Shown here: positions 57,236 through 63,375 of the stretch, one piece after another | How positions within the stretch are numbered: position 1 is the stretch's first letter | Layout: every line of letters starts with the position of its first letter | Assembly (NCBI GenBank): GCA_001777515.1 | Contig: MFEF01000028.1 | Location: forward strand, 1 to 63,375 | Length of the DNA: 63,375 nucleotides | Source: Candidatus Doudnabacteria bacterium RIFCSPHIGHO2_01_48_18 | GTDB lineage: Bacteria > Patescibacteriota > Doudnabacteria > UBA920 > 2-01-FULL-46-14 | Direction: 5' to 3' | Translations under genes and position numbers: made by a program | The notes under the pieces: model-generated | What the model was told of the DNA's origin: nothing | Databases searched by the model: none | Seen by the model: the letters and a program-made list of their open reading frames with translations, nothing else

Positions 57236-58985
57236 TCACAAATCCTCCAGCTTGAATGTTCCAGAGCCTCTGATAGGTGCCTTCCTTGGCTTTGACAAGC
57301 TCCCGGTGCTTGCCTTGCTCGAGGATTTTTCCGTTTTCAATGACCACGATGCGGTCCATCTGCATGATCGTGGACAAGCGGTGGGCTATGACAATCGTGG
57401 TGTGGTCTTTCATTAGGCTCTTTAGCGCGTCCTGGATGAGATATTCTGATTCAGAATCAAGGCTCGAGGTTGCTTCATCAAGGACCAGGATAGGGGCGTC
57501 TTTCAATATAGCGCGGGCTATAGCGACGCGCTGTCTCTCGCCGCCGGAGAGTTTTACTCCCCGTTCGCCCACAAACGTCTGATAGCCATGCGTGGTTTTC
57601 GCGATAAATTCATGCGCGTGCGCGGCTTTGGCTGCAGTCATGACCTCTTCGTCGCTGGCGCCCGGTTTGGCATACCGGATATTATCGATAAGCGTGCGGT
57701 GGAATAGCACGGGTTCCTGCGGCACAAGCGCGAGAGCGTCGCGCAATGAATCTTGCGTTACCTTTGTTATATCCTGCCCATCAATGGAAATCCGGCCGCC
57801 TTGCAGGTCATAAAAGCGCAGGAGCAGCTTCACGATAGTGGATTTGCCGCCGCCTGACGGTCCCACCAGCGCGACCTTTTCTCCGGCCTTGATCGCAAGG
57901 TTAAACCCGGAGAGGATCTCGAGGCCTTCATGGTAGCCAAAATTAACGTTCTGAAAATTTATGACGCCATTTTTTACGATCAGGGTTTTGGCATTGCTTT
58001 CATCTTTTATTTCATGTTCGGAAAGCAGAATCTCGGTCATCTCATTGGCGTCAGCGATTGCTTCGTAAACCACGCGGATATGCTTGCCGAGATCCCACAG
58101 CTGGTCAAAAAGTCGTAGTATAAAGGTCAGCACCAGGACAATATCTCCGACAGTGAACAGTCCGCCTTGCCACAGTTTGATCGATAAATACAAAAACCCC
58201 ACCTCAAAAAGGATCATGTAGACGTGATTGAATGATTCGCCGATGGCCGCGATATCAAGAGATTTTTTACGAGCCTTGAACTGGCTGGTCAAGACGCGGA
58301 AGAATCGCTTAAACTCTGTTTGATAATTGGAAAAAATTTTGATATTGAAATTGTTGGATATCGTATCAGCAAGCTGTGCCGTTGTCTCTGTGTCTGCTGC
58401 CGCGCGTTTCAGGTCGTAGGGCATTTTGTACATGGTGAATTTATAGGCAATGAGCATGTAGCTGATACTCCAGGCCAGCATCACAGTCCCAGCGATCCAG
58501 TTTCTCCACATCAGAATGATGACGATGGTGGAAAAACCAATCAATGTTCTGCCCATATGGAACAATGACTGGTCAGCGAGCTGTTCAAAAGAACGTTCGT
58601 AGCGTTTGACCTTTGTAACCAGGCTGCCAACGAAAGTGGAACTGAAAAAGCCGATCGAGTGGCGCTGCAGATGTTCGTAGCAAGTCTGCATCAGATCAGC
58701 CATGATCCGCGGCTGAAAATAGTTGTTTATAAATTCGACGCCTCTTCTCGAGACAAATCTCACGAAGCTGATGACCAAAAGGATCAGTAAGATTTTGATT
58801 GCGGAATCGGCCGCGCCAGGAGAGCCGGTAGCCAAAGCGTCGATGATTTTTCCGAAATAAATCGGCTGAATATCTCTGAGGACTATGGCAACCAGCATGA
58901 AAAAAAACAGCGTATAAGGCATCCAGGTATAGCGCTTGGCATGTTGCCAGAAGATTTTTAGAGTCTGCCGGGTCAGGGACTGCAA
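57228..58985 (-). CDS. ABC exporter, fused permease/ATPase (MsbA-like)
   Basis: Six-TM N-terminal domain, then Walker A (GPSGGGKST), signature (LSGGERQR) and Walker B (LVLDEATS). Confidence 0.9.
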   Translation of the reverse strand: MQSLTRQTLKIFWQHAKRYTWMPYTLFFFMLVAIVLRDIQPIYFGKIIDALATGSPGAADSAIKILLILLVISFVRFVSRRGVEFINNYFQPRIMADLMQTCYEHLQRHSIGFFSSTFVGSLVTKVKRYERSFEQLADQSLFHMGRTLIGFSTIVIILMWRNWIAGTVMLAWSISYMLIAYKFTMYKMPYDLKRAAADTETTAQLADTISNNFNIKIFSNYQTEFKRFFRVLTSQFKARKKSLDIAAIGESFNHVYMILFEVGFLYLSIKLWQGGLFTVGDIVLVLTFILRLFDQLWDLGKHIRVVYEAIADANEMTEILLSEHEIKDESNAKTLIVKNGVINFQNVNFGYHEGLEILSGFNLAIKAGEKVALVGPSGGGKSTIVKLLLRFYDLQGGRISIDGQDITKVTQDSLRDALALVPQEPVLFHRTLIDNIRYAKPGASDEEVMTAAKAAHAHEFIAKTTHGYQTFVGERGVKLSGGERQRVAIARAILKDAPILVLDEATSSLDSESEYLIQDALKSLMKDHTTIVIAHRLSTIMQMDRIVVIENGKILEQGKHRELVKAKEGTYQRLWNIQAGGFVNA

Positions 58986-58994
58986 AAGTATATT

Positions 58995-59048
58995 CCTTTT
59001 AGCCCTCTCTCCTTGTCAGAGGGGAGAGTTGGAGAGGGGTAGATTAAC
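58995..59048. repeat. CT/GA-rich dispersed repeat, copy 2
   Basis: TTCCTTTTAGCCCTCTCTCCTTGTCAGAGGGGAGAGTTGGAGAGGGGTAGATTAA. Confidence 0.6.
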
Positions 59049-59060
59049 GTTCGTTTCGAC

Positions 59061-59101
59061 CTCTCCTGCCCTGCGGGCACCCTCTCCTCACCAGGAGAGG
59101 T
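59061..59101. repeat. Related CT/GA-rich hairpin
   Basis: CCTCTCCT-GCCCtgcGGGC-accctctcctcacc-AGGAGAGG. Confidence 0.5.
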
Positions 59102-59144
59102 AATAAGGTAGAGTCTTAGCTCAAATTATACCTGATCTGTCACG

Positions 59145-59399
59145 CTATTGGCGCGCAGAATTTATGGTTTTTGAGAGTTCGTCCAAGTTTTTGACTGCGT
59201 TGCCAAAGGTGTCATCGAGTCCCGATGCCCGCAAAAAGAAGATCGACATAGCCAGGATGAGCGCCAAACCAACGGTCGCTCCCAAACCTCGCCCCAGTCC
59301 CCACAGAAAACCGCGCCAGAATAAGCGGCCAGAAGAGTTATAGGCGAGGTTTACTGCCCCGATCAGCCGGTCAATGGTTTTCTGCTCGTCCGGGGTCAT
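59145..59399 (-). CDS. Small membrane protein (DUF5665-like by recollection)
   Basis: 84 aa with RGFLWGLGRGLGATVGLALILAM. Confidence 0.5.
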   Translation of the reverse strand: MTPDEQKTIDRLIGAVNLAYNSSGRLFWRGFLWGLGRGLGATVGLALILAMSIFFLRASGLDDTFGNAVKNLDELSKTINSARQ

Positions 59400-59773
59400 T
59401 GGGTCAATTCCTGGATTTGTTTCAGATCAATGTTTTGGAGCTCGTTAACCCCCGGAACTGCGGATAAAATAGAGTTTGTCAGAACAATCATGATTATGCC
59501 GGCAAGAATGGTTAACGCGAGGCAAACAAGCGCGGTTTTACGGGCATCAGCCTGATCACGCAGAAAGAATTTGACTACGTAGATGAGGCCGAACGGCGGA
59601 AAAAGCAGGCTCACCAGGTAAGCCTTGGTTTTTTCACCAGACGTGAGCGTACTGGCTTGTGCTTGGCTTTGAAAGAGATTGTTGATCAGAACAGTGGTAT
59701 CTATTTCTTTGTTTTCTCGGCCGAGGCGCTGGATTCTCGCGATCTCCTCAGCCATTTTTTCTTCACTGCTCAT
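59396..59773 (-). CDS. Two-TM membrane protein, hypothetical
   Basis: 125 aa, overlap-coupled on both sides. Confidence 0.5.
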   Translation of the reverse strand: MSSEEKMAEEIARIQRLGRENKEIDTTVLINNLFQSQAQASTLTSGEKTKAYLVSLLFPPFGLIYVVKFFLRDQADARKTALVCLALTILAGIIMIVLTNSILSAVPGVNELQNIDLKQIQELTQ

Positions 59774-60908
59774 TTATTTCCTCTGTGATTATATGTTCTT
59801 TGACAAGACGCAGCGCCGCGCCAAACACTATGAGCCACAGAATAGCGCCGGCTAAAAAGCCAATGACCGGAATAAATTTGAGAAGCATCAGGAGCACCGC
59901 GCCGGTTACCAGCGCTGTCCAGCGAAGCGTGCTGTATTTTTTCAGCCACTTTAGAATTAGAACCCCGAGGAATATTGACGCGATGACGTTCATTACTAGA
60001 TAGACCACGACCAGCCAGGAAAAAATAATGAGAGCTGCGTAGAAGCCTATGACTGTTGCCAGAAGCAGAACCGCGGTTACCGGCAGGACAATGACCAGCG
60101 CTAGGCCAATGCCGAGGTTGAGCCATGGGCGGTCAAGCGCTTTATCTATGGCCAGCGAAACGCGCCGCGGAAAAAACCTGAGCAGCAGCAAGCCAGCGAT
60201 GACGAGCCCAATCGTCCAGATGATTTTTCCGCCTATAGCGAAAGGAGCTTTGCCGTGTTCGCGGCTGATTTTTTGGAAATCAATCGACGAGATTTGTGCA
60301 CCTGTTTGCACCACCGCTTCTTTTTTTCCTTTGTAGGTGATCTTGCCTGGTATTACGCTTTCTCTGCCAAAGGTTAGATGCTGATCCGCTGCCACAAATA
60401 CCTCGCCGCCGACGCGGCTATTGATGGTTACTGTGCCGCCGCCGACGCGCGCCATTCCTGCTACTGGCGATTCGATGACTACATTGCCCCCGCCAACCAC
60501 GAGGTCGCCGCTGATCTCTGCGGTCCGGGCCAGAGTGACATTTCCGCCGCCGATGAGCACATCTCCTCGTACTGGGCCTGCGATCGTGACATTTCCGCCG
60601 CCGATCCTGAGATTGCCGCCAACTGTTTTGTTGACCACAACTGTTCCGCCCGCGGCCATCAGATCCTGCTCAATATTGCCTTGGATGATTACGTTACCGC
60701 CGGCAGCCAGCAAATCGCCGGACACATCAGATGTAACCGTGACATTTCCGCCGGCCGCGTAAACATTGCGCAGACCTTCGCCAGAAACAATGGTGTTGCC
60801 AGATGTGCTTGGCTTAACAAACTGCGCTCCGGTCGCTGGGTAGGCGGTAAACAGGAGAGCGATAACGAGAATGAGTAAATTTGAGATTTTTTCGGGTGTT
60901 GATTTCAT
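59763..60908 (-). CDS. Secreted beta-helix (bactofilin/polymer-forming-like GGNV repeats) fused to a C-terminal polytopic membrane domain
   Basis: Signal peptide, then about 8 repeats of the form xGDLxxxGGNVxIxG, then 4-5 TM helices. The DNA carries an exact 20-nt repeat GTGACATTTCCGCCGCCGAT at 60535 and 60586. The start was set to the ATG at 60908. Confidence 0.6.
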   Translation of the reverse strand: MKSTPEKISNLLILVIALLFTAYPATGAQFVKPSTSGNTIVSGEGLRNVYAAGGNVTVTSDVSGDLLAAGGNVIIQGNIEQDLMAAGGTVVVNKTVGGNLRIGGGNVTIAGPVRGDVLIGGGNVTLARTAEISGDLVVGGGNVVIESPVAGMARVGGGTVTINSRVGGEVFVAADQHLTFGRESVIPGKITYKGKKEAVVQTGAQISSIDFQKISREHGKAPFAIGGKIIWTIGLVIAGLLLLRFFPRRVSLAIDKALDRPWLNLGIGLALVIVLPVTAVLLLATVIGFYAALIIFSWLVVVYLVMNVIASIFLGVLILKWLKKYSTLRWTALVTGAVLLMLLKFIPVIGFLAGAILWLIVFGAALRLVKEHIITEEINEQ

Positions 60909-60961
60909 ATTTCTATTGTATTCCAAGCCAGCCAATTTTAAAAGCCGGCCCCGACCAAAAC

Positions 60962-60990
60962 AAAAACCGCCCATAGCAAGGGCGGTTTTT
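60962..60990. terminator. cspA terminator (bidirectional hairpin)
   Basis: AAAAACCGCCC-atagcaa-GGGCGGTTTTT. Confidence 0.75.
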
Positions 60991-61002
60991 GGTCAAAAGC
61001 TA

Positions 61003-61200
61003 TTAAGCTTTTTGGACATTGGTCGCATTCGGGCCTTTGGCCGATTGCTCAACCTCGAAAGTGACACTGTCACCTTCTTGGATTTCGTTGAAAGAGATTC
61101 CAACAAGAGAGTTGCTGTGGAAGAACAGGTCTTTTTCCTGGCCTTCGACAGTGATGAAACCAAAACCCTTGTCAGTCTTTTTCTTGACTACACCGTTCAT
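61003..61200 (-). CDS. cspA: Cold-shock protein (CspA family)
   Basis: NGVVKKKTDKGFGFITVEG...DLFFH carries the RNP1/RNP2 motifs. 65 aa. TATAAT (61210-61215, minus strand) lies 9 nt before the ATG. Confidence 0.95.
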   Translation of the reverse strand: MNGVVKKKTDKGFGFITVEGQEKDLFFHSNSLVGISFNEIQEGDSVTFEVEQSAKGPNATNVQKA

Positions 61201-61339
61201 GATTTTGTAATTATATTAATGAGGTAAGCGCAAATTGAGATATATTTCGAAACTCGACGACTTTTCTAAAGATAAATATTTTGCTAAGCGAGTATAGCAG
61301 GTATCCAAGGTTTAGTCAAGACCCGCGGGGAACGGTTCA

Positions 61340-61348
61340 TGGTATAAT
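61340..61348 (+). promoter_or_regulatory. Extended -10 (TGgTATAAT) 10 nt before the ATG at 61359
   Basis: TG at 61340-61341, TATAAT at 61343-61348. Confidence 0.4.
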
Positions 61349-61358
61349 TAATAAAGCC

Positions 61359-62099
61359 ATGAGTTTCTTGAAAGCAAAACACAAACGCAAATTAAGGCAC
61401 GGCACAAAGCTCGTGACCAAGCTGCTGGAGGCCACAGGTCTTCCCCATGGTTATTCGATGACTGTGGCCTGGTTTGCTGAACGCATTGTCCTGGCATCTT
61501 TCGGTTTGATGGTGGTGTCCTTTGCCGCAGGCGCAATGTTTGTGCTCAGGCTAGCAGACCCCATTGGTAATAGCGGGGTATACAATGCCGCGGCTTACAG
61601 AGCCCAGCTGGCAGAGCAGGGTATACAGGTTTTTTCGCAGCAGGTCATCGACGTTGCTTCCCCGGTTTTTGCGAGCCTGGTCAAAACTTATCGCAGCGAG
61701 AAAGATATTGAGGCCAAAGAGCTCGCGGCTCGCAAAGAAAAGTTGAAGGAATATCTCGGGCGCAAAAATTCACCGTTTGCCAAAGACGAGGCAGCGATTG
61801 AAGCATTTGCCACCTCGAAAAACATGAAGCTCATGGTTGCTATTTCATTTGTAGAAAGCACTTTTGGTAAGCGCTGCTATTATTACAACTGCAGCGGCAT
61901 TGGCGGCACTCCTCCCCATCTGCGCAAATACAATAGTTACGCGGAATGGGTTCGCGATTTTGACGACCTGCTGGAGAGGCGCTACAAAGACCTGCCGCCG
62001 GAAGAGTTCATCGGGCTGTATGTGCAGCCTGGCAGCGCCAACTGGCTCCATGGGGTAAAGCAGGTCCTGCGGGAGCTCGAAGAGCAGGGAATAACCTAA
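61359..62099 (+). CDS. Membrane-anchored protein with possible glucosaminidase/muramidase-like C-terminal domain
   Basis: One TM helix, then AISFVESTFGK...NCSGIGG...YNSYAEWVRDFDDLL, which loosely resembles the glucosaminidase catalytic region. The assignment is weak. Confidence 0.35.
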   Translation: MSFLKAKHKRKLRHGTKLVTKLLEATGLPHGYSMTVAWFAERIVLASFGLMVVSFAAGAMFVLRLADPIGNSGVYNAAAYRAQLAEQGIQVFSQQVIDVASPVFASLVKTYRSEKDIEAKELAARKEKLKEYLGRKNSPFAKDEAAIEAFATSKNMKLMVAISFVESTFGKRCYYYNCSGIGGTPPHLRKYNSYAEWVRDFDDLLERRYKDLPPEEFIGLYVQPGSANWLHGVKQVLRELEEQGIT

Positions 62100-62120
62100 C
62101 ACAAAACCGTCTTTAGTCGG

Positions 62121-62369
62121 TTAAGGTTTCAGTCCTTTTATCAAATTTTCCTTTTTTGTCCGAGGCCACTTTTTAACCTGGATTTCTCTGCGCATGGCAT
62201 CTCCAAGAGTGTTATAGGTTTCTTGATAAACAATTTCGCCGCCACCATGGGTTCTCACGTAAACTGACCCTTTACCTGAATTATGGCGATTCTGTCGATT
62301 TTGTATATTGTTTGTACTACCGCAATATAGAGCCCCGTCCTTACAGTGTAGAATATAGAAATAAAACAT
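62121..62369 (-). CDS. GIY-YIG nuclease family protein (second copy)
   Basis: MFYFYILHCKDGALYCGSTNNIQNRQNRHNSG.... The start was set to the ATG at 62369. TATAAT (62376-62381, minus strand) lies 6 nt upstream. Confidence 0.85.
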   Translation of the reverse strand: MFYFYILHCKDGALYCGSTNNIQNRQNRHNSGKGSVYVRTHGGGEIVYQETYNTLGDAMRREIQVKKWPRTKKENLIKGLKP

Positions 62370-62404
62370 GAATTGATTATAGTCTTTCGACTCCGCTCGA
62401 GACA

Positions 62405-62436
62405 ACAAAAAACACCTCACGCGAGGTGTTTTCTTT
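62405..62436. terminator. Bidirectional terminator directly after tRNA-Glu
   Basis: A-run, then AACACCTC-acgc-GAGGTGTT, then a T-rich tail. Confidence 0.7.
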
Positions 62437-62511
62437 TGGTAGCCCCACGGGGAATCGAACCCCGATTACCAGGATGAAAACCTGGCGTCCTAACCATTAG
62501 ACGATGAGGCC
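62437..62511 (-). tRNA. tRNA-Glu (anticodon UUC), CCA encoded
   Basis: Hand-folded. D arm GTCT-AATGGTT-AGGAC as in bacterial tRNA-Glu; anticodon stem CCAGG/CCTGG with loop TTTTCAT; T arm CGGGG-TTCGATT-CCCCG. The acceptor GGCCTCA/TGGGGCT has two G-U pairs, including pair 1-72. Confidence 0.8.
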
Positions 62512-62600
62512 GCATACGAGAACTGTAAAAAGAACTAACTTAATTTATCATAAATTTTGAAATTGATCAACTGTCCTAAATATCAATATAATTTATCCAG

Positions 62601-62638
62601 ATTGCCATAAATGCAACGATCGTCGTTTTTGTGGCAAT
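62601..62638. repeat. 38-bp imperfect palindrome, copy A (downstream of the PaaX/Cas2-like gene, upstream of the tRNA-Glu promoter region)
   Basis: ATTGCCATAAATGCAACGATCGTCGTTTTTGTGGCAAT. Confidence 0.8.
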
Positions 62639-63195
62639 CAGAGTTTATAATGCCTTTTTAGCGCAGAGTCATCGTCGAATTGATCTGCTCGAACAAAGCG
62701 AATAAATTGCAGCAGGTCAGATTCTCGCAAGTATTCTACCGCCGAAGCCGGTAATGGGAATGGAGTAACGAACACACTTTTTTGTAGTTGATAGAATCCG
62801 AGATTTTTGATCAAAGCTCGAATTCTGTTGCGCTGCTGCTTTGAATCCTCTGGGATATCCCACATGATTAACCGCCATTTTCCATCCCACTTTTGTCGTT
62901 GCTTGAAATCCTTGTCCAATCTGTGAAGCAAGGCGCGAAGTTTGCCTTTTTGAGTTAATTTTATGAACAGCCGGTCATTCCTGGTTTCCAGTTCAATTTG
63001 TTGAACGCTTTCTAGATAGTCCATTGCCCGTTTATAACGCCACCGCTTGGGAGCTGGAATTCCCCGATTGCTGCGCCATATCCGCCTTAGGGGGTCTTCG
63101 AAGAAAACGGAATGCTCACCAAAATCTATCAGAAGATCCAATATCGCCTTGGTCATCGAATAACCGAGGGGTATTTTTTGTCGCTTGCCCTTCAT
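62638..63195 (-). CDS. PaaX-like regulator: winged-helix N-terminus + Cas2-fold C-terminal domain
   Basis: WDGKWRLIMWDIPEDSKQQRNRIRALIKNLGFYQLQKSVFVTPFPL fits the PaaX_C/Cas2-like pattern. The first 19 residues of the ORF-track ORF are a read-through of the palindrome, so the start was set to the ATG at 63195. Confidence 0.6.
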   Translation of the reverse strand: MKGKRQKIPLGYSMTKAILDLLIDFGEHSVFFEDPLRRIWRSNRGIPAPKRWRYKRAMDYLESVQQIELETRNDRLFIKLTQKGKLRALLHRLDKDFKQRQKWDGKWRLIMWDIPEDSKQQRNRIRALIKNLGFYQLQKSVFVTPFPLPASAVEYLRESDLLQFIRFVRADQFDDDSALKRHYKL

Positions 63196-63204
63196 AAAGA
63201 TCAG

Positions 63205-63210
63205 ATTATC
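63205..63210 (-). promoter_or_regulatory. -10 box GATAAT 9 nt before the ATG at 63195
   Basis: The minus strand reads GTGATAAT-ctgatcttt-ATG. Confidence 0.35.
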
Positions 63211-63215
63211 ACTGA

Positions 63216-63253
63216 ATTGCCATAAATGCAACGATCGTTGCAAATGTAGCAAT
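63216..63253. repeat. 38-bp imperfect palindrome, copy B (candidate operator just upstream of the PaaX/Cas2-like promoter)
   Basis: ATTGCCATAAATGCAACGATCGTTGCAAATGTAGCAAT. The first 23 nt are identical to copy A. The core AACGATCGTT is a perfect 10-bp palindrome. Confidence 0.8.
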
Positions 63254-63375
63254 TCAAACGGATGAGTTAAATTGCTAAAGTTGAAGTCCGAATCAAATCA
63301 TTTAGAAATGTAACTATGCAGGGGTTCGATCTATCACAGGAAATGTAACCCTAGCTGGCTCCTTTCTTGGGGTTA

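Noticed and set aside
60909-60974. N-terminal extensions proposed by the ORF track. Examples: 60974 for the beta-helix protein, 56213 for valS, 16182 for jag, 32690 for polA, 2245 for the MBL protein, 62420 and 917 for the GIY-YIG genes, 63252 for the PaaX-like gene.
   Set aside because: The extensions run through terminators, repeats or the upstream gene. Downstream ATGs give canonical N-termini and fit the -10-box spacing pattern.
62601-63375. A possible CRISPR array next to the Cas2-like protein.
   Set aside because: There are only two repeat copies, 615 bp apart, with a gene between them. The 10-nt GAAATGTAAC pair at 63304/63340 is too short, and no other cas genes are present. The Cas2-like domain is better explained as a PaaX-type regulator.
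1-63375. An alternative genetic code (UGA recoding, as in some CPR lineages).
   Set aside because: All large conserved genes are intact under the standard code, and TGA terminates bona fide ORFs (e.g. 5822..6805).

Overview
This is a compact, almost fully coding 63.4-kb chromosomal segment, read with the standard bacterial code (TGA is used as a stop). It spans the replication origin: rpmH-rnpA-yidD-yidC-jag on the minus strand, then a DnaA-box region, then dnaA-dnaN-recF-DUF721 on the plus strand. The rest is mostly housekeeping. DNA replication and repair genes are gyrA, polA, uvrB and ruvA/B/C. Transcription and translation genes are rpoB, rpoC, rpsA, rpsT, tyrS and valS, plus the t6A genes tsaB/D/E and four tRNAs. 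Envelope genes include PBP1A, a murE-like ligase, an O-antigen-ligase-like protein, a Wzx flippase, a GT4 glycosyltransferase, VanW, an orphan PilB ATPase and two ABC systems.

The gene repertoire suggests a small-genome Patescibacteria/CPR-like organism: half-size TsaB, Gmad2, a PaaX/Cas2-like protein, a four-helix-bundle protein, GIY-YIG mini-nucleases and many small membrane ORFs. That is inference only; no search was possible. There is no rRNA, no CRISPR array and no reverse transcriptase.

Accessory content:
- one DDE (rve) insertion sequence with a frameshifted transposase just upstream of rpoB;
- a RhuM/Doc-Fic cassette between rpoC and valS, bracketed by a duplicated hairpin;
- a PaaX/Cas2-like gene bracketed by two copies of a 38-bp palindrome next to tRNA-Glu;
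- a recombinase remnant abutting tRNA-Leu;
- a CT/GA-rich dispersed repeat family;
- a 7-nt tandem repeat inside tsaD.

Many monocistronic or first-in-operon genes have a -10 box only 6-11 nt upstream of the ATG, which looks like leaderless transcription. I did not find a clear multi-gene novel system. The best candidates are the RhuM/Doc cassette and the palindrome-flanked PaaX/Cas2-like module. All alignments were done by eye, and no database search or statistics were run.
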